Part shown: positions 29,385-37,172 of the stretch, piece after piece | Position numbering within the stretch: the stretch's first letter is position 1 | How the letters are laid out: each line of letters starts with the position of its first letter | Assembly: GCF_947258525.1 (NCBI RefSeq) | Contig: NZ_CAMYIP010000015.1 | Span: 4,179 to 68,178 of the forward strand | From: an uncultured Eudoraea sp. | GTDB lineage: Bacteria; Bacteroidota; Bacteroidia; Flavobacteriales; Flavobacteriaceae | DNA length: 64,000 nucleotides | Direction of reading: 5' to 3' | The notes under the pieces: model-generated | What the model was told of the DNA's origin: nothing | What the model saw: only the letters and a program-made list of their open reading frames with translations | Database searches by the model: none | Position numbers and translations under genes: made by a program

Positions 29385-30134
29385 ATGCGCTTACTTCTGC
29401 AAAAATTGGGACAAGTTCTCTATCGTATTTGGTTCTATATCCTGGTAAGCCTTCCAATTTTTGTCTTTTTCCCAATACTTCTTTTAACAACCTTATCAGA
29501 AAGGACATATTCTCAATTTTTTTGGCTGGCTCGAAATATATGGGCAAATTTTATTATTTACGGGATGTTTTGCTTTCCACGAATATCCTATGAGCAAAAG
29601 CTGGTAAAAGGCCAAAGTTATATGTTAGTAGCCAATCATACCAGTATGCTCGATATAATGATGATGTTAAAAACCAGTAAGAATCCGTTTGTTTTTGTGG
29701 GCAAGAAGGAGTTGGTAAATATTCCGGTTTTTGGATTTTTTTATAAACGTGTTTGTATACTGGTTGACAGGGAAGACAGCCGAAGCAGGAGTGCAGTTTA
29801 TAGAAGGGCACAGAAAAGATTAAATCAAGGACTTAGTATTTGCATTTTTCCGGAAGGAGGTGTGCCCGAGGAGAACATAATACTCGATAAATTTAAGGAT
29901 GGGGCCTTTAAAATGGCAATAGCCCATGATATTCCCGTAGTTCCAATTACTTTTTATGACAACAAAAAACGATTTCCGTTCACATTTTTCAGCGAAGGTC
30001 CGGGCATTTTAAGAGTAAAGGTCCATTCTTTTTTCGACACAAAAGGACTGAAAGAAAATCAGAAATCCGAATTACGGGAACAAGTGAGAACAATAATGCT
30101 AAAGGAGCTACAAGAGGAGCCAAATATCCCATAA
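29385..30134 (+). CDS. plsC: 1-acyl-sn-glycerol-3-phosphate acyltransferase
   Basis: 249 aa with an N-terminal TM helix, HxxxxD (NHTSMLD) and FPEGG motifs. Confidence 0.85.
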   Translation: MRLLLQKLGQVLYRIWFYILVSLPIFVFFPILLLTTLSERTYSQFFWLARNIWANFIIYGMFCFPRISYEQKLVKGQSYMLVANHTSMLDIMMMLKTSKNPFVFVGKKELVNIPVFGFFYKRVCILVDREDSRSRSAVYRRAQKRLNQGLSICIFPEGGVPEENIILDKFKDGAFKMAIAHDIPVVPITFYDNKKRFPFTFFSEGPGILRVKVHSFFDTKGLKENQKSELREQVRTIMLKELQEEPNIP

Positions 30135-30261
30135 ATGCGGTAAATAACACCATATACCAAATGGTATTAAAATAGAATTACTTAATTTCTCTTGTGTAAT
30201 GCTCGTTTAATATTTCCATTTTACTCATTAAGGAGAGTAGGCTATTCAATTATTAAAGGGT

Positions 30262-31815
30262 TTAAAATTTAAAATTAAGACCGGTATAGACCCCTATAGA
30301 GAATGGTTGAAAATCTCCTGCTGTTTGTGTAAACGTATTTAATTGATACTTGAACATCGGTTCCAGGTTCAATTGTAACATTGGGGAAAATTTATAATTT
30401 AGTCCAAAACCAATGTTCGTACTTAAATTCAAATCATTAATATTATTTGCCTCACCCATTTCAACAGTATTTCCATTAGCCTCAAGAACAACCGAATTAG
30501 AAACAAGGAAAAGTGAGCTTAATCCGCCTATAACATTTATTCCAAATTTCCGGTCAAGTAAGGCATAATTTAATTCTAAGGGCAATTCTATATAACCAAA
30601 ATCCTGAATCATTCTTCCATTACGCGCAGGACTTTGAGCGGTAAATTCCAAACTAATTGTCTGCTGAGAAAGCTTGCTGTCCTCCATATTTCTAACAACT
30701 AAATTTCTTGAAGTAGACGCATAATTTATATTATCTATTTGATCATTCGTTGATGCCGTAAGTGAAGCCGAAAAAGAGATTTCATTTGTGTCATAGCCAT
30801 AGTCCACTCTGTTGAGTCCTGAGCGAACGCTTAGCTTTTTGCTAATATCGTACGAGACCCTTAAGCCGTAACTAAGATTTACATTGCCACTCTTTGAATT
30901 AGCCACGAAATTGGAATGAATTGGCGAACCATTTCCAAAAGAATTAAAATAAACCGGCCCTAAAGTTGGTCCAACAGACCATCTATTGCTAATATTTTCA
31001 GCTACTTGTGTCTCCTGAGATTTTTCAATTTCGTCGTAAATAGACTTTTTACCCTTATCTGATTTTACATCTTCCTCCTCTTTTTCCTCAATTAAATTAC
31101 CTGCACCACTTGCGATTGCAGTTTCTTTGAGACCAGTTTCGGTTTGGATAGTAGCCTTCTCGCTCTTAGCAGCTATAGGATCTTTATCAGGGGAATCTAT
31201 TTTGGCGGCGATAGCAGTATTTTCATCTTTAGGATTCTGCTGAGCCTTATTTGTTTTGCTTGCCTCATCTTTCTTGGTATCGCCGGCTGTTCGTTCTGAA
31301 GGATCAGCTGCAACTGTTATTTCTGAGTCTGAAGGCCTGGTATTATTTGTATTCTCTTCTGTTTCTAAATTGTTATTTTCAGTTGTCGCAACAACAGAAG
31401 TCTCAACATCTGGTAATACCTTGGCGGCCCTGTTGTTGCTACTTGTAGGAGCTGAATTTTTTTCTTCTTTTAGCACATCAGATGATGTTACAACACTACT
31501 TCCATTTTCATTATCCTTGTCAGACAAAATAGGTTCAACATCTTTTACCTTTGAATTATCCAGGGAAGGAGAACTTTCAACATCCGTGATTATTTGTTCT
31601 GTCTTTTGAGCACCTTCAAAAGGGTTAAAAACGTAAAATGATACGGCTAAAATGGCCGCTACGCCTCCTAGTTTCCACCAAAGAGGAATAATAGGACGCG
31701 ACTTTTTCTTTTTATCCAGTGAGGCAGCAATATCCTTCCAGACTTTTTCATCCGGAACTTCATTGAAGTCTTTCAACTTCTCCTGGAACAATTTATCAAT
31801 ATTTTCTTTTTTCAT
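30262..31815 (-). CDS. anti-sigma-like membrane protein with low-complexity linker and C-terminal outer-membrane beta-barrel-like domain
   Basis: 517 aa. It has a short cytoplasmic N-terminus (DKLFQEKLKDFNEVPDEKVWKDI), a TM helper segment IIPLWWKLGGVAAILAVSFYVF, and about 200 aa of S/T/N/E/K-rich linker. The C-terminal part has alternating-hydrophobic strands ending in ...GLNFKF (aromatic terminus). It starts 11 nt after the ECF sigma gene. Confidence 0.5.
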   Translation of the reverse strand: MKKENIDKLFQEKLKDFNEVPDEKVWKDIAASLDKKKKSRPIIPLWWKLGGVAAILAVSFYVFNPFEGAQKTEQIITDVESSPSLDNSKVKDVEPILSDKDNENGSSVVTSSDVLKEEKNSAPTSSNNRAAKVLPDVETSVVATTENNNLETEENTNNTRPSDSEITVAADPSERTAGDTKKDEASKTNKAQQNPKDENTAIAAKIDSPDKDPIAAKSEKATIQTETGLKETAIASGAGNLIEEKEEEDVKSDKGKKSIYDEIEKSQETQVAENISNRWSVGPTLGPVYFNSFGNGSPIHSNFVANSKSGNVNLSYGLRVSYDISKKLSVRSGLNRVDYGYDTNEISFSASLTASTNDQIDNINYASTSRNLVVRNMEDSKLSQQTISLEFTAQSPARNGRMIQDFGYIELPLELNYALLDRKFGINVIGGLSSLFLVSNSVVLEANGNTVEMGEANNINDLNLSTNIGFGLNYKFSPMLQLNLEPMFKYQLNTFTQTAGDFQPFSIGVYTGLNFKF

Positions 31816-31826
31816 GGCTTAGGTAA

Positions 31827-32357
31827 TTAAGCGATATTTATGTTTTCTTTCTTTATTTTGTCTTTTAAAATCATTCTGGCCCTGGCCAGGTTTGATTTTG
31901 ATGTTCCCTCTGAAGTCCCTAATTGTTCACTTATCTCTTTGTGCGTAAACCCATCAAGGACATACATATTAAAGGTGAGTCTATATTTATTAGGAAGTTC
32001 CTGTATGTATCGCAGCAGTGTGGGGAGTTCAATATCCAGGAAATCTGAATCACTTTCGGTTTCTTCTGCGACATTATCATTTACTACTTTCAGATATTCT
32101 TCCTTTCTATATTTCTGCAGTACCGTATTAACAGTAATCCTTTTTATCCAGCCTTCAAAAGAGCCCTTAAATTTATACTGACCAATTTTATCATATATAA
32201 TCATAAAACTGTCGTGGAGATTATCTTCAGCCTCCGTTTTATTGCGTGAGTATTTAAGGCAGATACCGAACAATATTTTTGCATAATTTCTATACAATTG
32301 TTCCTGCGCTATTCTATCTCCTCTTTTACAATTATGTATGAGTTCTTTCAGACTCAA
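31827..32357 (-). CDS. ECF-type RNA polymerase sigma-70 factor
   Basis: 176 aa with region 2 (AEDNLHDSFMIIYDKI, GWIKRITVNT) and region 4 (LPNKYRLTFNMYVLDGFTHKEISEQLGTSEGTSKSNLARAR). It has a TTG start. Confidence 0.85.
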   Translation of the reverse strand: MSLKELIHNCKRGDRIAQEQLYRNYAKILFGICLKYSRNKTEAEDNLHDSFMIIYDKIGQYKFKGSFEGWIKRITVNTVLQKYRKEEYLKVVNDNVAEETESDSDFLDIELPTLLRYIQELPNKYRLTFNMYVLDGFTHKEISEQLGTSEGTSKSNLARARMILKDKIKKENINIA

Positions 32358-32392
32358 AATATTGGTTAGATTAACAGACCTAAAATAGTAGA

Positions 32393-32815
32393 TTATTGGG
32401 TTACAGGCACTTCAATTTCCAAATATTCTTGCTCGCCGTTTTCATCTTCTCCTGTCCAGAACCTAAAGAGGTAAGTATCTGTATAAAGGCAGACAAAGTT
32501 AAATGAACCTTCTACTTCAGCCCCTCCATCCACGCATTCCGGATCATCAAACTGAGATCCTATTGGGACAACATTTCTTGTTGTTTCTGCAATTGGGGTT
32601 ACGTCAAAACCCTCAAAAGAGGCACAGCCATTAGGCAATAAATAAGTTACATTAATTTGATAGGTCTCATGCAGTGTAAATGATACGGGCAATTCCGCAC
32701 TTACTACCTGGAGAGGAATAAAATAATAATTTGGTTCATCATCGCTCAAACTGCAAGAAGACAAAACAAATATGAATAATACGAAAAACAGGGAAACTAC
32801 TCTTTTCATAATCAT
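32393..32815 (-). CDS. small lipoprotein (function unknown)
   Basis: 140 aa with lipobox VLSSC and four further Cys residues. It lies directly upstream of the ECF sigma gene on the same strand. Confidence 0.5.
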   Translation of the reverse strand: MIMKRVVSLFFVLFIFVLSSCSLSDDEPNYYFIPLQVVSAELPVSFTLHETYQINVTYLLPNGCASFEGFDVTPIAETTRNVVPIGSQFDDPECVDGGAEVEGSFNFVCLYTDTYLFRFWTGEDENGEQEYLEIEVPVTQ

Positions 32816-32899
32816 CTATTAAAATCTTTAATATTAGATGATAAGTTCAGACAAAGGTTGCTTATAAACCCAATAATATAGGAAAGATGAAATTCTAAA

Positions 32900-33907
32900 T
32901 TATACTTTTACGGTATTAATTGCGTCTTTTATTTTACCTTCTAATTCTTCAAGCAGTTCCGGATTATCCGCCAGAAGGGATTTAACCGCATCTCTTCCTT
33001 GACCAAGTTTTGTGTCTCCGTAACTAAACCAGGATCCACTCTTTTTAATAATTTCATACTGTACTCCAAGATCCAGAATTTCACCAACTTTAGATATGCC
33101 TTCACCGTACATTATATCAAATTCTGCGGTTTTAAAAGGAGAAGCCACTTTATTTTTGACAACCTTCACCCTGGTTTTATTCCCCAGGACAGCACCTTCT
33201 GTATCTTTAATCTGGGTAGATCTGCGTATATCCAGTCTCACCGAAGCATAAAACTTTAAGGCGTTCCCCCCGGTAGTGGTTTCCGGATTTCCAAACATAA
33301 CCCCTATTTTTTCCCTTAATTGATTTATGAAAATAACCGTACAGTGAGTTTTGCTGATAGAGCCTGTTAATTTTCTAAGTGCCTGTGACATCAATCTGGC
33401 GTGTAAACCCATTTTAGAGTCTCCCATCTCACCTTCAATTTCACTTTTTGGTGTTAGAGCTGCTACTGAATCTATGATCACTATATCTATCGCACCTGAT
33501 CGAATTAAATTATCGGCAATTTCTAATGCCTGTTCACCATGATCGGGCTGTGAAATAATAAGGTTGTCAATATCGATGCCCAAATTCTTGGCGTAAAACC
33601 TGTCAAATGCATGCTCGGCATCAATAAATGCTGCAATACCACCATTTTTTTGAGCTTCAGCTATGGCATGTAAAGTAAGTGTGGTTTTACCAGAGGATTC
33701 AGGGCCGTATATTTCTATGACTCTTCCACGAGGATATCCGCCAACACCCAAAGCAATGTCTAAACCAAGTGAACCAGAAGGGATAACTTCTACATCCTCA
33801 ACAACAGAGTCGCCCATTTTCATGACAGCGCCCTTGCCATATGTTTTATCCAGTTTATCTAGTGTAAGTTTTAATGCTTTAAGTTTTGCGTCTTTATTGT
33901 TGCTCAT
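32900..33907 (-). CDS. recA: recombinase RecA
   Basis: 335 aa with Walker [10 protein letters not shown] and conserved RecA blocks ([50 protein letters not shown]). Confidence 0.98.
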   Translation of the reverse strand: MSNNKDAKLKALKLTLDKLDKTYGKGAVMKMGDSVVEDVEVIPSGSLGLDIALGVGGYPRGRVIEIYGPESSGKTTLTLHAIAEAQKNGGIAAFIDAEHAFDRFYAKNLGIDIDNLIISQPDHGEQALEIADNLIRSGAIDIVIIDSVAALTPKSEIEGEMGDSKMGLHARLMSQALRKLTGSISKTHCTVIFINQLREKIGVMFGNPETTTGGNALKFYASVRLDIRRSTQIKDTEGAVLGNKTRVKVVKNKVASPFKTAEFDIMYGEGISKVGEILDLGVQYEIIKKSGSWFSYGDTKLGQGRDAVKSLLADNPELLEELEGKIKDAINTVKV

Positions 33908-34122
33908 TTGTGATTTTCTATAAAATTAGGAAAGCTAAATTACCATTTCTTTTTTCATATAACAATGTCAAAAGCAACCTTTTTGGTATTCCCGCATCTC
34001 AGGTGTAAGTGTTCGTACTTAAACACAAAATATTCCATCGTTCCAATGAACTTTGGGCAATGGTGACCACATCCTTTTAGGTTAATCTATGAAAGAGAAA
34101 ATTACTAAGGAGTGGCCCCTAA

Positions 34123-34155
34123 AGAGTCTTGAAAATTCAAGGCTCTTTTTTATTT
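34123..34155 (+). terminator. orphan intrinsic terminator in the recA-trhO spacer
   Basis: AGAGTCTTG-aaaatt-CAAGGCTCT (one G-U pair) followed by TTTTTATTT. No plus-strand gene lies upstream of it. Confidence 0.5.
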
Positions 34156-34236
34156 GGAGCGGCCTGTCTCCGTAATATTTTGGACTATCAGCCTCAAAAT
34201 CAATTGGTTTTCTCTTGTGCCAAAGCGGAATATGTT

Positions 34237-34244
34237 TAATTTTG
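34237..34244 (+). promoter_or_regulatory. -7 promoter box TAnnTTTG for trhO
   Basis: TAATTTTG lies 38 nt upstream of the ATG at 34283. Confidence 0.4.
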
Positions 34245-34282
34245 CATACTATTATTTATTTAAACTTAATAATTAGTATAGC

Positions 34283-35314
34283 ATGCAACTGTACAATACA
34301 TTAAGTGCTAAAGAACGGGAGACCCTTATTGAGGAAGCCGGAAAAGAACGTCTGACGATTTCTTTTTATAAGTACGCACATATTCTTAATCCAAAATTAT
34401 TCAGGAATTATTTATTTATTCATTGGAATGAACTGGATGTTCTGGGAAGGATCTATGTGGCGCCGGAAGGCATTAATGCCCAATTGTCTGTTCCGGCAGA
34501 TAATTTCGAAAAGTTCAAAGCTCATATAGATTCTATTACATTTCTTGAAAATGTTCGCCTTAATATTGCCATAGAGCAGGATAATAAGTCCTTTTTGAAA
34601 CTCAAGATTAAGGTTCGAAAAAAAATTGTAGCGGATGGTTTAAATGATGACACTTTCGATGTAACTAAAAAAGGAATACATGTAGATGCCACTCATTTTA
34701 ACGAGTTAATAGACGACCCGAATACGGTATTGGTTGATATGCGAAATCACTATGAAAGTGAAATTGGCCATTTCAAAAATGCAATTACACCCGATGTGGA
34801 TACCTTCAGAGACTCATTGGATATTATAGAAAAGGATTTGTCTGACTACAAGGAAGATAAAAACCTGGTCATGTATTGTACGGGAGGAATCCGATGTGAA
34901 AAGGCGAGTGCCTACTATAGGCATAAAGGATTTAAAAATGTATTTCAACTCGAAGGAGGGATTATAGAATATACCCGCCAGGTAAGAGCTAAGAATCTGG
35001 AAAATAAATTTCTGGGCAAAAATTTTGTATTCGATCACAGAAGAGGTGAACGAATAACAGAGGATATTATAGCCGTATGTCATCAATGTGGAGAATCTTG
35101 TGACACCCATGTTAACTGTGCCAATGAGGCTTGCCATCTTCTTTTTATTCAGTGTGAATCTTGTGCTGATAAAATGAATAACTGTTGTTCGGACCACTGT
35201 AAAGAAATTCATGAATTACCTTTTGAAGAACAAAAAAAACTTAGAAAGGGGAAAGTGGTTAGCAATAAAATTTTCAAGAAAGGCAGATCAGAAGTATTGA
35301 AATTTAAAAAATAA
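34283..35314 (+). CDS. trhO: rhodanese-domain tRNA uridine(34) hydroxylase (TrhO/YceA, UPF0176)
   Basis: 343 aa with the active-site loop CTGGIRCEKAS and a Cys-rich C-terminal extension (CHQCGESCDTHVNCANEAC...CESC). Confidence 0.8.
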   Translation: MQLYNTLSAKERETLIEEAGKERLTISFYKYAHILNPKLFRNYLFIHWNELDVLGRIYVAPEGINAQLSVPADNFEKFKAHIDSITFLENVRLNIAIEQDNKSFLKLKIKVRKKIVADGLNDDTFDVTKKGIHVDATHFNELIDDPNTVLVDMRNHYESEIGHFKNAITPDVDTFRDSLDIIEKDLSDYKEDKNLVMYCTGGIRCEKASAYYRHKGFKNVFQLEGGIIEYTRQVRAKNLENKFLGKNFVFDHRRGERITEDIIAVCHQCGESCDTHVNCANEACHLLFIQCESCADKMNNCCSDHCKEIHELPFEEQKKLRKGKVVSNKIFKKGRSEVLKFKK

Positions 35315-35530
35315 CCATGCAGATTTTTTCCTGGTCATTAGCACAGAAGATTTTCACACTTTTGTTTTAAATCTTTCCTCTTTGTTATAAGATAAGAAGA
35401 TGGATTAATTTCACACTATATTTCTCACTTTCCATCGGAGCAAAAAAGTACTATCTTTACCTTCAATAATTAATTATGAACCTTTTTTAGCAGATCCCAC
35501 TTTTGGTTTTGCTAAACCAAGATATAAAAT

Positions 35531-36694
35531 ATGGGTTGTAACAGTTGTTCAACCGGCAAGGATGGACAGCCACGTGGATGCAAAAATAATGGGACTTGCG
35601 GCACAGATAGCTGCAATAAGTTGACTGTATTTGACTGGCTTTCTAATATGTCTCTGCCAAGTGGTTCTCAGCCATTTGATTGTGTTGAAATTCGATTTAA
35701 AAACAGTAGAAAAGAGTTTTTCAGAAACACAGAAAATATTTCCTTATCCATAGGTGATATTGTCGCCACCCAGGCTAAATCTGGCCATGACATTGGCATG
35801 GTCACATTAACCGGAGAATTGGTTAAGGTACAGATGAAGCGAAAGAAAGTTTCCGATTCTCAGGATGAAATCCCGAAAATTTATCGCAAGGCAACTCAAA
35901 AAGATATTGACAAATGGCAGCGATGCCGGGCGAAAGAAGAAGAGATAAAGAAACGCTCTCGTGAAATGGCAATTTTGTTAAAATTACAAATGAAAATCTC
36001 AGATGTAGAATTTCAGGGAGATGGTTCCAAGGCAACTTTTTACTATACTGCGGAAGAACGTGTTGATTTCAGACAATTGATTAAGGATATGGCTAAGGCC
36101 TTTGGCATTCGCATAGAAATGAGACAAATTGGCTATAGACAAGAAGCGCAGCGTTTAGGAGGTATTGGTTCTTGCGGGAGGGAATTATGTTGTTCAACCT
36201 GGTTGTCAGATTTCCGTTCGGTAAGTACTTCCGCAGCACGTTATCAACAGCTTTCACTTAATCCACAAAAATTAGCTGGCCAATGCGGGAAACTGAAATG
36301 TTGTTTAAATTATGAATTGGATCTTTATTTAGAGGCCCTGGAAGATTTCCCTTCTAATGACAGCAAATTATTCACTGAAAAAGGAATAGCCTTTTGTCAA
36401 AAAACAGATATTTTTAAAGGACTATTGTGGTACTCCTATAAGGATGATCCTTCTAATTGGCATACACTCACAAAAGAACAGGTTCAGGAGATACTGGATA
36501 TGAATAAAGCTAAAAAACCTGTAATGAGCCTTGAGGAGTTTGCCGTTGAAAACTTTGAGGATGAGAAGTTAATCTTTGAAAATGTTGTAGGGCAAGATAG
36601 TCTCACCAGGTTCGATCGTCCGAAGCGGAAAAATAAGAGAAGCAAGAGTAAAAAGAGAAGTAGTAACAGAAAAAGACCAGCTAAAAATGCCTAA
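35531..36694 (+). CDS. PSP1 domain protein (RicT/YaaT-like)
   Basis: 387 aa with an N-terminal Cys cluster (CNSCSTGKDGQPRGCKNNGTCGTDSC), a PSP1 core (GSCGRELCCSTWL, CGKLKCCLNYE) and a K/R-rich tail. Confidence 0.8.
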   Translation: MGCNSCSTGKDGQPRGCKNNGTCGTDSCNKLTVFDWLSNMSLPSGSQPFDCVEIRFKNSRKEFFRNTENISLSIGDIVATQAKSGHDIGMVTLTGELVKVQMKRKKVSDSQDEIPKIYRKATQKDIDKWQRCRAKEEEIKKRSREMAILLKLQMKISDVEFQGDGSKATFYYTAEERVDFRQLIKDMAKAFGIRIEMRQIGYRQEAQRLGGIGSCGRELCCSTWLSDFRSVSTSAARYQQLSLNPQKLAGQCGKLKCCLNYELDLYLEALEDFPSNDSKLFTEKGIAFCQKTDIFKGLLWYSYKDDPSNWHTLTKEQVQEILDMNKAKKPVMSLEEFAVENFEDEKLIFENVVGQDSLTRFDRPKRKNKRSKSKKRSSNRKRPAKNA

Positions 36695-37169
36695 GAGGAT
36701 TTTCTATTCAATTTTGGTTTTATTTATTTGGGCATGTAATAATAACTTGATTCATTCAGAATTTCAGCCAAATCCTGGTGGAATATGGACCAAAAGTGAC
36801 ACTAAGGAATTCAGTTTCACAGAAAATGACACCATTAACCCAAAAGACATATTTATTTCCATAAGAAATGATGATACTTTTCCTTACAGCAATTTATTTT
36901 TAATAGCAGATCTGAAGTACCCAAATGGTGATGTCCAAAGGGATACTCTGGAGTATGAAATGGCTATGCCAGATGGAAAATGGCTGGGGAAAGGATATGG
37001 TAGTATAAAAGAAAATAAACTTTGGTATAAGGAAAACATCATTTTTCCCGTTAAGGGCGTATATACTTTACAAATTTCCCATGCTATGCGAAAAAATGGA
37101 AACGCAGATGGGATCATGGAACTGGAAGGCATCACTGATGTTGGTTTCTTAATTGAAAAGCGTAAATAA
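36687..37169 (+). CDS. gldH: gliding motility lipoprotein GldH
   Basis: 160 aa with lipobox FIWAC. It occupies the PSP1-gldH-PBP1A position characteristic of flavobacteria and overlaps the PSP1 gene by 8 nt. Confidence 0.65.
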   Translation: MPKRIFYSILVLFIWACNNNLIHSEFQPNPGGIWTKSDTKEFSFTENDTINPKDIFISIRNDDTFPYSNLFLIADLKYPNGDVQRDTLEYEMAMPDGKWLGKGYGSIKENKLWYKENIIFPVKGVYTLQISHAMRKNGNADGIMELEGITDVGFLIEKRK

Positions 37170-37172
37170 GTT

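Noticed and set aside
29249-29593. 114-aa plus-strand ORF running from inside trpS across the divergent spacer into plsC.
   Set aside because: It crosses two exact promoter boxes and overlaps both flanking genes out of frame. The plsC frame gives the conserved acyltransferase sequence.
31256-31609. 117-aa and 65-aa plus-strand ORFs inside the anti-sigma-like gene.
   Set aside because: They lie opposite the low-complexity S/T/N/E/K linker, and repetitive codon usage keeps the antisense frame open. There is no independent signal for them.
34089-34175. 28-codon ORF (MKEKITKEWPLKSLENSRLFFIWSGLSP) in the recA-trhO spacer.
   Set aside because: The reading frame runs straight through the terminator hairpin and T-run, so it is more likely non-coding.
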